A stretch of 64,000 nt of DNA from Bacillota bacterium (lineage in GTDB: Bacteria; Bacillota_I; Bacilli_A; ML615J-28; CAG-313), in assembly GCA_963648435.1 (NCBI GenBank), contig CAVJDT010000003.1, positions 14,582-78,581 of the forward strand. Reading direction: 5' to 3'. The notes beneath the pieces were generated by a model. The model saw only the letters and a program-made list of their open reading frames with translations. It was not told where the DNA came from and searched no databases. This document shows, in pieces, positions 35,151 through 44,444 of this stretch. How positions within the stretch are numbered: the first letter of the stretch is position 1; every line of letters starts with the position of its first letter. A program made the translations under genes and the position numbers.

Positions 35151-36813
35151 ATTTATCTAGTTCTTCTTTTGTAAGCATTAATAAACTTATTCGGATTAAT
35201 AAATCCCGATATTTTAAAAATCCTTCAATTTTATTATTAATACTCATCATCATATGGTGATTAACATAACTACATGCACTATTAAAATTATTGCCTAAAA
35301 AAATGCGATAAGCAAAATTTTTCATTAAACTATCTAAATTAATTTCACTAGTAACCCCACCAATAAATTTATATCCAATATTACCACCCGTAATTAATAA
35401 ATATTCTAATATTTGATTATATTCAAAATTATCAATTATTTTTTCAATTCCGTTTATATAAACAATCGTCTTTTTCAATTTTTCAGGACTATGCTTATTG
35501 TATTCATCAATATTATTAGTATTATTATTGTTTAATATTTCTAGTTTTTCATCCATTTTAGCTTTAACTTTTTTCAAAAAATCCAAAGTAGTACTAGACT
35601 CAATTCCTAAATTTTCAAATAAACCTAAATTATTATTTAAATCAAGCAAATAAATTTCATACTCATTAATGTTTTTTTGAAATTTGGGATAAAAAAGCAG
35701 TGATATCAAATAATTACGATATACACTACCATCATTTGATACAATTAATAAATTTTCATCACATCTAACATATTCATTTCGGTCATCTTTTCCAATCACT
35801 ATTTCCAAGTTATCAGATGATGAATGCATTAAAGCTTCTTTCATCCTTAATGAATTACCAACTAAATTATTTACTTCAATTACAATTAAATCATGATTCT
35901 TATCATATCTTATTAAAAAAGGTTCATTCAAGATTTTACAAAGTGATATTTTAAATACTTCATAATTAACTTGTTGATAAGTTTTTATAAAAATAACACT
36001 AATATGATTACAAATAATATAACTTATATCTTGATAAAAAATACTTAAATGACTTAATTCTTTTTTTATATTCATTATGTAGGCTAACATTATTTTATTT
36101 TCTTTAGTAGTATCTATAATCTCATTGCTAAGTTTTCTTAAAGATAGTGGTTTAGTAGCTTTATCTTTAATTATATAATCATCATTAAACTGTTTCAATT
36201 TACTACCTACTTTTCGTGAGTATTTAAAGGCTCTTCCAAAACATTTCTTTAAACCGTTTTTCACCATTTTAAAAAACTCAAATACAGTTTTTTTACAAAT
36301 AAAAACAATGCCAACAAAAATCACCACCACACAAAATATAATAGTACCAACTTTAGAAAACAATAAAAAGAGAAGATAAAAAAGAATACAACCAACTAGA
36401 CCTCCCCCAATCATCATATCATTACGTCCATTTTTGAAATAATCAAAATATAAAAGAATTGTATTTTTAAAACTATTTCCTTCATATTTACTTACAAAAT
36501 TATGCATGGCAAAATGACTTAAAGTAATTATTGCAAGTACAACCATGACAATTCCTAAATATCTAATGTTTTTTATCGTAAAACGATGATGCACAAACAG
36601 AAAATAAATACCTAAAGCACCTAATAATAGTAAAAAAATAAAATACCAATCTCCAAAAAATAAACGAAATGTTAACATTCCATATTTTCCAACAATTCCT
36701 AGTCTTGCAATTGAAATTAAAGAAAATAATAAACAAACAATTCCTGCAACTTCATAAACAAAAATAAATTGTTTGGTCTTTTGTTCATATTCTGATAACT
36801 TTTCTTTTGCCAT
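35140..36813 (-). CDS. FtsK/SpoIIIE-like membrane protein with degenerate Walker A/B (putative pseudo-ATPase)
   Basis: N-terminal ~220 aa have 5-6 TM. The C-terminal domain aligns to the SpoIIIE motor: IVIGKDDRNEYVRCDENLLIVSNDGSVYRN versus IALGKDISGE..PHLLVAGATGSGKS. The Walker B region reads TIVYINGIEKI in place of the hhhhDE motif. The aligned domain is ~330 aa. Confidence 0.5.
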   Translation of the reverse strand: MAKEKLSEYEQKTKQFIFVYEVAGIVCLLFSLISIARLGIVGKYGMLTFRLFFGDWYFIFLLLLGALGIYFLFVHHRFTIKNIRYLGIVMVVLAIITLSHFAMHNFVSKYEGNSFKNTILLYFDYFKNGRNDMMIGGGLVGCILFYLLFLLFSKVGTIIFCVVVIFVGIVFICKKTVFEFFKMVKNGLKKCFGRAFKYSRKVGSKLKQFNDDYIIKDKATKPLSLRKLSNEIIDTTKENKIMLAYIMNIKKELSHLSIFYQDISYIICNHISVIFIKTYQQVNYEVFKISLCKILNEPFLIRYDKNHDLIVIEVNNLVGNSLRMKEALMHSSSDNLEIVIGKDDRNEYVRCDENLLIVSNDGSVYRNYLISLLFYPKFQKNINEYEIYLLDLNNNLGLFENLGIESSTTLDFLKKVKAKMDEKLEILNNNNTNNIDEYNKHSPEKLKKTIVYINGIEKIIDNFEYNQILEYLLITGGNIGYKFIGGVTSEINLDSLMKNFAYRIFLGNNFNSACSYVNHHMMMSINNKIEGFLKYRDLLIRISLLMLTKEELDKLKK

Positions 36814-36910
36814 AATATCACCTACATAATATTAAACACTATTTAAAGTGAAAAATTTGTAAAAAAAAGACAAAGCGAAAAAAAATCCATCAATGATGGA
36901 TTTCAATTTA

Positions 36911-37066
36911 CTACTTTTTATTCTTTTCCTTATGAATAGTAGCTTTTTTACAACGTGGGCAATATTTCTTTTGTTCTAAACGATCTGGAGTGTTTCGTTT
37001 ATTTTTTTGAGTAAGGTAATTTTCTTCGCCACATTCTGTACATTTTAATAAAACATTAATACGCAT
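36911..37066 (-). CDS. rpmG: 50S ribosomal protein L33
   Basis: Hand translation gives [51 protein letters not shown] (51 aa), which has the L33 zinc-ribbon signature. TAGGAGGTAA RBS. Absent from the ORF track because it is under 60 aa. Confidence 0.85.
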   Translation of the reverse strand: MRINVLLKCTECGEENYLTQKNKRNTPDRLEQKKYCPRCKKATIHKEKNKK

Positions 37067-37197
37067 AATGTTACCTCCTAAATTCCATAATATTATACTA
37101 CATTATGAAAAAAATAGCAAGCAATTAAAAACTTTTTTTACTAACATTCTACATTACTAGAAAAAAGGTCAAGAATAGTTACATAATACGTTAAATT

Positions 37198-37548
37198 TTA
37201 GACTAATACATTGCCATTTTTAATGCCTATTGAAAGGAATAAATAAACAATTCCAACAAATGCCCATACAATTGACATTGTTAAAGCCATTTTACCACAA
37301 ACTTTACTGCGATTTGACCATTTATCTTGCCATAATATGTATAGTACAAATCCTACGGGAGGAAGTACAAAACTGATTAGTTTCCAGATAAAAAGGGGGA
37401 CAGGATCATCAATAATTGTTGTGTTACTTGAAACAACTACTTCACCTTCTTGTTTTTTAACGTGAAATTCAAATCCACATTGTTCGCATTTTTCAGCATC
37501 AATTTTTTGTTCTTTCATACATTTAGGGCATACTTTAGTTTTTTCCAT
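37198..37548 (-). CDS. small membrane protein with an N-terminal zinc ribbon
   Basis: CPKCMKEQKIDAEKCEQCGF followed by two TM helices; function unknown. Confidence 0.5.
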   Translation of the reverse strand: MEKTKVCPKCMKEQKIDAEKCEQCGFEFHVKKQEGEVVVSSNTTIIDDPVPLFIWKLISFVLPPVGFVLYILWQDKWSNRSKVCGKMALTMSIVWAFVGIVYLFLSIGIKNGNVLV

Positions 37549-37619
37549 ATTATTAATCCTTTCTTATTTCACGTATCTATGATTATTTTACCATAAATAA
37601 GTTTTATTGTCAAATACTA

Positions 37620-38192
37620 CTATTTATTTTCATCATTTTTTTCTTGATTTTTTAATAAATCTCTAATTTCTGTTAATAATACAATATCTGCAGGAATTGG
37701 TTCAGGTGCAGCTTCAGGTGCTGGAGCAGGTTCTTCCTCTTCTTTTTTACGTAATCTTTCAGCTGCTTCTTTGGCATGTTTTGCAAGAGAAGAACAAACT
37801 TTTATAATTAAGAATAAAATTATTGCAATTAGTAAAAAGTCAATAATTGCTTGAATTAATGCACCCCATGAAATTACAATATCATTAACTGGAACTTGTA
37901 GTTGATCACCAACATTTGTAGCAAGCCCATTCGCAACATCAGTAGCGGTTGCTTTATCATGGCTTTTTAAAACTGTAATTAAGGAATTGCTTAAATCAGT
38001 ATCGCCAATAACCCAAGCAATAAGTGGTGAAATAATATTAACATTGATTGCGGTCACAATTTTACTGAAAGCTCCACCAATAATAACACCTATTGCAAGA
38101 GCTAAAGCATTACCTTTATTTATAAAAGCAACAAATTCTTTTAATAATCCTTGTCTTTTTTCATTTCTTTCTTTTTTAGTCCTTTTTTCCAT
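37620..38192 (-). CDS. mscL: large-conductance mechanosensitive channel with an extended charged Pro/Ala-rich C-terminal tail
   Basis: LLKEFVAFINKGNALALAIGVIIGGAFSKIV. The start was set at MEKRTKK (AAGGAGG RBS 7 nt upstream); the track start is a TTG further upstream. Confidence 0.85.
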   Translation of the reverse strand: MEKRTKKERNEKRQGLLKEFVAFINKGNALALAIGVIIGGAFSKIVTAINVNIISPLIAWVIGDTDLSNSLITVLKSHDKATATDVANGLATNVGDQLQVPVNDIVISWGALIQAIIDFLLIAIILFLIIKVCSSLAKHAKEAAERLRKKEEEEPAPAPEAAPEPIPADIVLLTEIRDLLKNQEKNDENK

Positions 38193-38193
38193 T

Positions 38194-39375
38194 TTAATTT
38201 CCTCCTTTAGCAATTCTAAATATTTCCATTATATCTGCTTTATTTAATTGTCTAATACCCGGTATTTTAACAGTATCATTTTTCGTTAATCGATTAGCCA
38301 TATTTTCTAATTCTTTCATATCAATGTTTAAATCATATAAAGTAATTGGCATATTAAGCTTTTTAAAGTATGATTCTAAAAATAAGATTCCTTTTAAGGC
38401 AGCAGTTGATGGTTCTACTGACTTATCTATTTCAAACGCGCCATAGGCAAGTTTACTAAATAAAGGGATAAAATCTTTATAAACATATTTTGCCCAAGCT
38501 AAAAATAAGACTGATAAACCAGCACCATGTGCAACATGATCAAAAGTTCCGCTAATTTCATGTTCAAGTTTATGAACTGTAAAATACATTTTACTGCCAA
38601 GTCCTGTTAAACCATTATGCGAAAAACTACTTGCAATCATTAAAGTTGCTCTTGCATCATAATTTTCAGGTTCTTCTATGGCAATTTTGCCAGCACTAAT
38701 AACTGCTTTTAACAGTCCTTCAGCAATTCTAGATGCAAACTCATTATTTCCAACATTGGTTAAATATCTTTCTAGAGTATGCATCATAATATCAACAATT
38801 CCACAACCTGTTTGATAACGAGAAACCGTAAAGGTAAGTTCTGGATTCATAATGCTAAATAGTGGTCTAATAATATCACTATTAAAGCCATTTTTTACTT
38901 TTGTTTCATCATTAGTAATAACACAAGAATTACTTAGTTCACTACCCGCAGCACTTATTGTTAGAATAACTCCTATTGGTAAAGCTTTCGTTGGCTTAAT
39001 TTCATGAGCATTAAGTAACCAAGGATCACAGTTTAAATAATATCCACAAGAAATTGCTTTACTTGAATCAATTACTGATCCCCCTCCAACTGCGAGAATT
39101 AATTCCACTTGATTTTCTCTTGCAAGTCTTATTCCTTCTTTTACTAATGATACTTTAGGATTAGCTTCAACTCCCCCAAGTTCAATTACTTTAATTCCTT
39201 CTTGTTTAAGTGCCTCCATAATACGTCCATAAAGTCCACTTTTTTTGATTGAACCTTTGCCATAATGAAGTAAGATTTTACTATAACCATATTCTTTTAT
39301 GATTTTTCCTACTTCTAATTCACGAAGAGAACCAAAATATATTTTAGTAGGGGAATAAAAATCAAAATTCAACAT
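38194..39375 (-). CDS. iron-containing alcohol dehydrogenase family protein
   Basis: GGGSVIDSSKAI and HxxxH metal-binding motifs (HGLTGL..H); 393 aa. Confidence 0.8.
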   Translation of the reverse strand: MLNFDFYSPTKIYFGSLRELEVGKIIKEYGYSKILLHYGKGSIKKSGLYGRIMEALKQEGIKVIELGGVEANPKVSLVKEGIRLARENQVELILAVGGGSVIDSSKAISCGYYLNCDPWLLNAHEIKPTKALPIGVILTISAAGSELSNSCVITNDETKVKNGFNSDIIRPLFSIMNPELTFTVSRYQTGCGIVDIMMHTLERYLTNVGNNEFASRIAEGLLKAVISAGKIAIEEPENYDARATLMIASSFSHNGLTGLGSKMYFTVHKLEHEISGTFDHVAHGAGLSVLFLAWAKYVYKDFIPLFSKLAYGAFEIDKSVEPSTAALKGILFLESYFKKLNMPITLYDLNIDMKELENMANRLTKNDTVKIPGIRQLNKADIMEIFRIAKGGN

Positions 39376-39387
39376 CTTCCATTCTCC

Positions 39388-39897
39388 TTATTCTATTTCC
39401 TTAATATCAATAATTTTAACATCAAAAGTTGGAAAATCACTAAATCCACCTCCAACATTCATAGTAGGAACACTTGCAATTTTTAAGATAACTTCATTAC
39501 TTGCCTCATCAATAGTACGACCAAATGCGGCATACTCACCATCTAGCCAACTTGCAGTTCCGGCACAAATAAAAAATTGGGAAGTTGCGCTATTTGGATC
39601 AGAGGTTCTTGCCATTGAAATAACCCCTAATTCATGTTTTAAGTCATTTTTAAAGCCATTACTTGCAAATTCACCATTAATAGTAGGTGTATCACCAAGT
39701 TCAAGTAAAGTGTTATTTTCAATTTTGTATCCACCAGTTTGAATCATAAAACCTTTAATGATTCGATGAAAAACCGTATTTTCATAATATCCATTTCTAA
39801 CTAATTTAATGAAATTATCCACGGTTTTAGGGGCAATTTCAGGATATAATTCAAGATTAATTAGGTCTTCAGTGTTTAATTTAATTTGTATTTTCAT
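39388..39897 (-). CDS. ppiB: peptidyl-prolyl cis-trans isomerase, cyclophilin type
   Basis: FHRIIKGFMIQTGG..SMAR. Confidence 0.9.
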   Translation of the reverse strand: MKIQIKLNTEDLINLELYPEIAPKTVDNFIKLVRNGYYENTVFHRIIKGFMIQTGGYKIENNTLLELGDTPTINGEFASNGFKNDLKHELGVISMARTSDPNSATSQFFICAGTASWLDGEYAAFGRTIDEASNEVILKIASVPTMNVGGGFSDFPTFDVKIIDIKEIE

Positions 39898-39960
39898 TTT
39901 GTTACCTCGATATCGGAATAATTATACCACATTTTGTTTATTTTGATTAAATTTTTACTT

Positions 39961-39995
39961 AAAAAAAAGAATTGTGACTAATATTTGCACAATTC
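39961..39995 (-). terminator. rho-independent terminator abutting the recO stop
   Basis: Minus strand reads GAATTGTG-loop-CACAATTC followed by TTTTTTTT. Confidence 0.6.
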
Positions 39996-40730
39996 TTACA
40001 TGATTTCTCTAGTTACTTCTTTAGCTTTACTAATAAAATCTAAATGTTTTTGATAATATAAATCTAAAACATTTAATATTTTAGAAACATCATCTTTAAC
40101 CACTTTTTCAAATGCTTTATCAACTTTATTAAGTTTTACAAAATATAACAACTGAAGGATTTTCGTTTCATCAACATTTAAATCAAAACTATCAGTTGCA
40201 CAGTTTAAACAGTATATCCCCCCATCATAAATACTAAAAACCGCATCTTGAACTTTTTTCCCACATTTTAAGCAAGATTTTAACTCTGGTGAAATTCCAA
40301 TTAAATAAGTTAATTTAGTCTCAAATAAAGCAAGGACAACTTTTTCATCAATATTTCCCTTTAAAAGGTCTAAAATATCAATTACAAATTGATAAAAAGT
40401 ATCAATACTAGTAACTTGTTGTGTAAAAACAATTATCTTTTCTAAAATAGGATAAAAGCATAACATTTTATTAATGTTTTGCTTAATAGGCAAATAACTA
40501 TCTAAAATTGTACCTTCCGTTAAGGTATCTAATCCATCACTAGATGTTGCCAAAAAACTAATTTTTGTTAAGGGTTCTGCAAGTAACCTAGTTCCCCCAC
40601 TAATTTTTTTTGCGCCTCTAATAATATAATTCTTTTTTCCAACTTTGGTTAGGATTTCCGCAAGAACAGCTTGTTCTTTATACTCTACTACCTTCAGTAC
40701 GATACCTTCGGTTTGGATGATTTGCTTCAT
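39996..40730 (-). CDS. recO: DNA repair protein RecO
   Basis: MKQIIQTEGIVLKVVEYKE.. OB-fold N-terminus; C-terminal zinc motif CLKCGKK..CLNCA. Confidence 0.85.
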   Translation of the reverse strand: MKQIIQTEGIVLKVVEYKEQAVLAEILTKVGKKNYIIRGAKKISGGTRLLAEPLTKISFLATSSDGLDTLTEGTILDSYLPIKQNINKMLCFYPILEKIIVFTQQVTSIDTFYQFVIDILDLLKGNIDEKVVLALFETKLTYLIGISPELKSCLKCGKKVQDAVFSIYDGGIYCLNCATDSFDLNVDETKILQLLYFVKLNKVDKAFEKVVKDDVSKILNVLDLYYQKHLDFISKAKEVTREIM

Positions 40731-40836
40731 TTTCTAGTTCTTCTTTCTTTCTAATATAAAATTTGTAGTTTAAATAATCATCAATTTTACCACTTTTTAA
40801 AAACTTATTCCATAGTGACTCTTCAAATTTACTCAT
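40678..40836 (-). CDS. YqzL-like small protein (52 aa) overlapping the recO start
   Basis: Hand translation gives MSKFEESLWNKFLKSGKIDDYLNYKFYIRKKEELENEANHPNRRYRTEGSRV. It has a strong RBS (TTAGGAGGAATACA-ATG). Synteny era-yqzL-recO matches Bacillus. The reading frame continues ~50 nt into recO. Confidence 0.5.
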   Translation of the reverse strand: MSKFEESLWNKFLKSGKIDDYLNYKFYIRKKEELENEANHPNRRYRTEGSRV

Positions 40837-40876
40837 TGTATTCCTCCTAAAATTAGGATGAATCTTTTTTTATTTT

Positions 40877-41785
40877 TTATACATCTTTGGTATATCCAAA
40901 ATTTGAGAGTTGTGATTTATGATTTCGCCAATTTTCTTCAACTTTTACAAATAATTCCAAATAGACTTTACTACCTAATAATTTAGCAATATCCTGTCTT
41001 GCAAGAATCCCAATTTCCTTAATTTTTTGACCTTTTGAACCGATAATAATCTTTTTTTGTGATTGTCTTTCCACCACAATAACCGCATGAATTTCTACAA
41101 GTCCAGGTTTGTTCGGATTTTCCTTAAAACTTTCAATTTCCACCGCAACACTATGAGGAACTTCATCATCTGTTTTTAGAAGAATTTTTTCTCTAATGAT
41201 TTCTGACACAACAAATCTTTCTGGTTGATCTAATAATTGATCTTCAGGATAATACATTGGACCATTTTTTAGATTGTTTTTGATTAATTTAATCAGTTCA
41301 TCAACTTGATAATTGTTAGAAGCACTTATGGCAATTCCTTGAACAAAAGGAAAGATAGTTCGATAAGCTTCCATATTTGTAACTAATTCATTTTGGTCTT
41401 TAATTAAATCAACTTTATTACCAACTAAAATTGTTGGAATTTTTGTTTTTAATAATTCACTAATCATTTTTTGATCATCTTCCGTTATTTTTTTAGTTAC
41501 ATCACACATTAATAATACAACATCCACCCCCGCAAGCGCACTACTTACATATTCATTCATTATTTTACCAAGTTCAGTTTTAGGCTTATGAAATCCAGGA
41601 GTATCAATAAAAATAATTTGGGATTCATTATCCGTATAAATACCTTGAATTTTATTTCTAGTAGTTTGGGATTTAGGTGAAACAATGACAATCTTTTGTT
41701 TTAAAAACTGATTAAGGAGTGTACTTTTACCAACATTGGGACGGCCAATTATCGCCACAAATCCTGATTTAAAATCTTTATTCAT
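40877..41785 (-). CDS. era: GTPase Era
   Basis: AIIGRPNVGKSTLLN G1 motif; DTPG; NKVD; C-terminal KH domain. Confidence 0.95.
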   Translation of the reverse strand: MNKDFKSGFVAIIGRPNVGKSTLLNQFLKQKIVIVSPKSQTTRNKIQGIYTDNESQIIFIDTPGFHKPKTELGKIMNEYVSSALAGVDVVLLMCDVTKKITEDDQKMISELLKTKIPTILVGNKVDLIKDQNELVTNMEAYRTIFPFVQGIAISASNNYQVDELIKLIKNNLKNGPMYYPEDQLLDQPERFVVSEIIREKILLKTDDEVPHSVAVEIESFKENPNKPGLVEIHAVIVVERQSQKKIIIGSKGQKIKEIGILARQDIAKLLGSKVYLELFVKVEENWRNHKSQLSNFGYTKDV

Positions 41786-42182
41786 TTAAGTCACTCTCAC
41801 CAAAAGCAAATGGTAATAATTCTTCAACCGTAAAACTCTTCGTTTTCTTATCTAAATTTATTAATGTTACTATGGCCTCTTTATTCATTAATTCACTAAT
41901 TACTTGGCGACATGCCCCACATGGAAAAATTAAATTATCACTTTTTCCCATAATCACTAATTCTTCGATATCATCTTTGCGATAACCTTTTGCATAGGTT
42001 GCAAAAAGAGCAGTTCTTTCAGCACAGTTACTTAAGCCATATGAAGCATTTTCAACATTTGAGCCAATTACATAATTACCATCTTTTAAAATTACTAATG
42101 CGCCGACTTGAAAATGAGAATACTTTGCATATGCATTATCATATCCAATATGTACTAATCGATATTTTTCTTCAAAATTCAT
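41778..42182 (-). CDS. cdd: cytidine deaminase
   Basis: CAERTAL..PCGACRQ zinc-binding motifs; 134 aa. Confidence 0.9.
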   Translation of the reverse strand: MNFEEKYRLVHIGYDNAYAKYSHFQVGALVILKDGNYVIGSNVENASYGLSNCAERTALFATYAKGYRKDDIEELVIMGKSDNLIFPCGACRQVISELMNKEAIVTLINLDKKTKSFTVEELLPFAFGESDLNE

Positions 42183-42184
42183 CT

Positions 42185-42655
42185 TTATTGTCTCCTTATA
42201 TCTAGTTTATTTAATATTTCATCTTGTAATTCAAACATAACTTTTTCATCTTCTTTAGTTTGGTGATCATACCCTAAACTATGTAATGCGCCATGGATAA
42301 CTAAAAATGCAAATTCTCTAAGTTTGTTGTGACCATAATCAAGAGCTTGCGATGCAACCTTCTCATAACTTATAAAAATATCACCTAATTCTTCAGGAAT
42401 TATTCCAGGTTTTTCATCATCAATGGATGCAAAAGTTATAACATCAGTTGGTCGGTCAATTCCCCGATACTTTAAATTAATTTTATGAATTTCTTCATTA
42501 TCTACGATAATATAACTTATAATATGATTTCCTTTTATATCTAAACATGTTGATACTTCATGAAGAATTTTCCTTATTAATTCTTGAGGTGCACTAACCC
42601 CAAGTTCACTAATTTTACCTTCTAAATTAAATTTAATCATGAGTACCACCCTCAT
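42185..42655 (-). CDS. ybeY: rRNA maturation endoribonuclease YbeY
   Basis: HGALHSLGYDH metal-binding motif. Confidence 0.9.
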   Translation of the reverse strand: MRVVLMIKFNLEGKISELGVSAPQELIRKILHEVSTCLDIKGNHIISYIIVDNEEIHKINLKYRGIDRPTDVITFASIDDEKPGIIPEELGDIFISYEKVASQALDYGHNKLREFAFLVIHGALHSLGYDHQTKEDEKVMFELQDEILNKLDIRRQ

Positions 42656-43613
42656 ATCTAGAAATAATTTTAGATACTAGGGGATGACGCATTACATCAA
42701 AACGATTAAATGAAATAATTGAAACTCCATCTAAATGTTGGAGTAACTCAGTTGCTTCAATTAAACCTGATTTTTCCCGATTTGGTAAATCAATTTGCGT
42801 AACATCACCCGTAATAATCATTTTTGAATTAAAACCTAAACGCGTAACAAACATTTTCATTTGGTTAGTTGTCGTATTTTGGGCTTCATCTAAAATAATA
42901 ACGGCACTATCTAGAGTTCTACCGCGCATATAGGCAAGAGGGGCAATTTCAATGGTTCCTTTTTCAATATACCTTTCGGTTTGTTCTTTACCAATAAAAT
43001 CATATAAGGCATCATAAATAGGAATCAAATAAGGGTCAACCTTTTCTTTTAAATCACCCGGCAAAAAACCAAGTTTTTCTCCCGCTTCAACCACAGGTCT
43101 AGTAATAATAATTCTTCTAATTTGATTTTTCTTAAGTAAGCTTATCGCAAAAGCCACTGCTAAGTAAGTTTTTCCACTACCTGCTGATCCTTTCGCAAAA
43201 ATGATACTATTTTTTTGCATTGCCTCTAAATAAATCATTTGATTTATGGTTTTAGGGTATACTTTTTGGCCTTCCCGAGTATGAACGATAATTTTTTTGT
43301 TAAGGTAAAAATTCTTAATCCCCGCATGAGTTATTTCATAATCTTTACTATCTTTAAAGCACTGAATAATGTATATTAAATCTCTTTCTTGCCAAGTAAT
43401 ATTTTCCTCTATTAATTCACTTAGCATTGTAATTATTTCTTTAAGTAATGGTTCTACTTTTCGATTTGTATCATTTTCTTCCATTAATAGTCGATTATTA
43501 ATATGATCTATTTTAACATTAAGTTCCATTTCTAAAAGATTAATATTCTTATTTAAGGGTCCAATTAATATTTGTTCAGCATGTAAATCATTAAATGTCC
43601 ATAATTCAAACAT
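42633..43613 (-). CDS. phoH: PhoH-like ATPase (YbeZ)
   Basis: GSAGSGKTYLAVAFAI Walker A. The start was set at MFELWTF (GAGGTGAT RBS) rather than the upstream extension in the track. Confidence 0.85.
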   Translation of the reverse strand: MFELWTFNDLHAEQILIGPLNKNINLLEMELNVKIDHINNRLLMEENDTNRKVEPLLKEIITMLSELIEENITWQERDLIYIIQCFKDSKDYEITHAGIKNFYLNKKIIVHTREGQKVYPKTINQMIYLEAMQKNSIIFAKGSAGSGKTYLAVAFAISLLKKNQIRRIIITRPVVEAGEKLGFLPGDLKEKVDPYLIPIYDALYDFIGKEQTERYIEKGTIEIAPLAYMRGRTLDSAVIILDEAQNTTTNQMKMFVTRLGFNSKMIITGDVTQIDLPNREKSGLIEATELLQHLDGVSIISFNRFDVMRHPLVSKIISRYEGGTHD

Positions 43614-43719
43614 TGCCACTTTATCACCTCTACTCTTATTATACCATATTTTTAATTTTTTGAAAGAAAAAAAGAAAGATAAAACAAAAAAAGAAAGATA
43701 AAACAAAAATATGTATTAT

Positions 43720-44397
43720 CTATTCTTTAGATATTCGTTCTAATACTTTAATATGTTCAAAATTATTTAATAATTGAAAACGGTCAAAAGAAAAACGTAA
43801 GAGTTTAGTATGGCATGGAATCTGTAAATTTTTATTTTTTTCATAATATAAATAAATAATTTCACTATCATCATATACATTTTTTAAAGGCTTTGATGAA
43901 TTAATTAAATATACTTTATTATTATCATAAATAACTAAATCAACAAGTTCCTTTGTCTTTTCTTTTTGAATTACTCCTCGTAAAAATATTTCAATATTAC
44001 TATATTCATCTTTAAGCATGTAATAGCAACATACTGCCATCCATAAATTCTTTTTTTCCAAAATTTCTTTGGTTTTAAGGGTGTGAAAATGAACTATTAT
44101 ATATTCACGCTTATAAAGAATTCGTTTTAATAAGTTATTCTTTAAATAAGCTTTTAATATCTCAAATAAGATTTTTACTTGTGATAATTCTAAGTTCAAT
44201 AAATTGATAATCATTGTCGTATCTTTAAAGTATGTTACTTCCTTATTACCAATTATTTTATTAATAAACTCATACCATTTGAAGGGATAAGTAGTCCCTA
44301 ACTCATATGTTTTTTTAATAAATTGTTCTTCAATCATTGAATAATCATAATAATTAATATTAAAAGATTGACTTATTAAATAGTTCATTATCATCAC
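43720..44397 (-). CDS. hypothetical protein
   Basis: 225-aa ORF leading the phoH-ybeY-cdd-era block; no recognisable motif. Confidence 0.4.
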   Translation of the reverse strand: MMIMNYLISQSFNINYYDYSMIEEQFIKKTYELGTTYPFKWYEFINKIIGNKEVTYFKDTTMIINLLNLELSQVKILFEILKAYLKNNLLKRILYKREYIIVHFHTLKTKEILEKKNLWMAVCCYYMLKDEYSNIEIFLRGVIQKEKTKELVDLVIYDNNKVYLINSSKPLKNVYDDSEIIYLYYEKNKNLQIPCHTKLLRFSFDRFQLLNNFEHIKVLERISKE

Positions 44398-44444
44398 CTA
44401 TGTAAGTATATGATAATCACCCTTAAATAATGTCAATCTAATTT

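Noticed and set aside
43668-43710. Direct repeat AAAGAAAGATAAAACAAAAA x2 between phoH and the upstream hypothetical gene
   Set aside because: It has only two copies in an A-rich spacer, with no dyad symmetry or coding context. It is probably a simple duplication.
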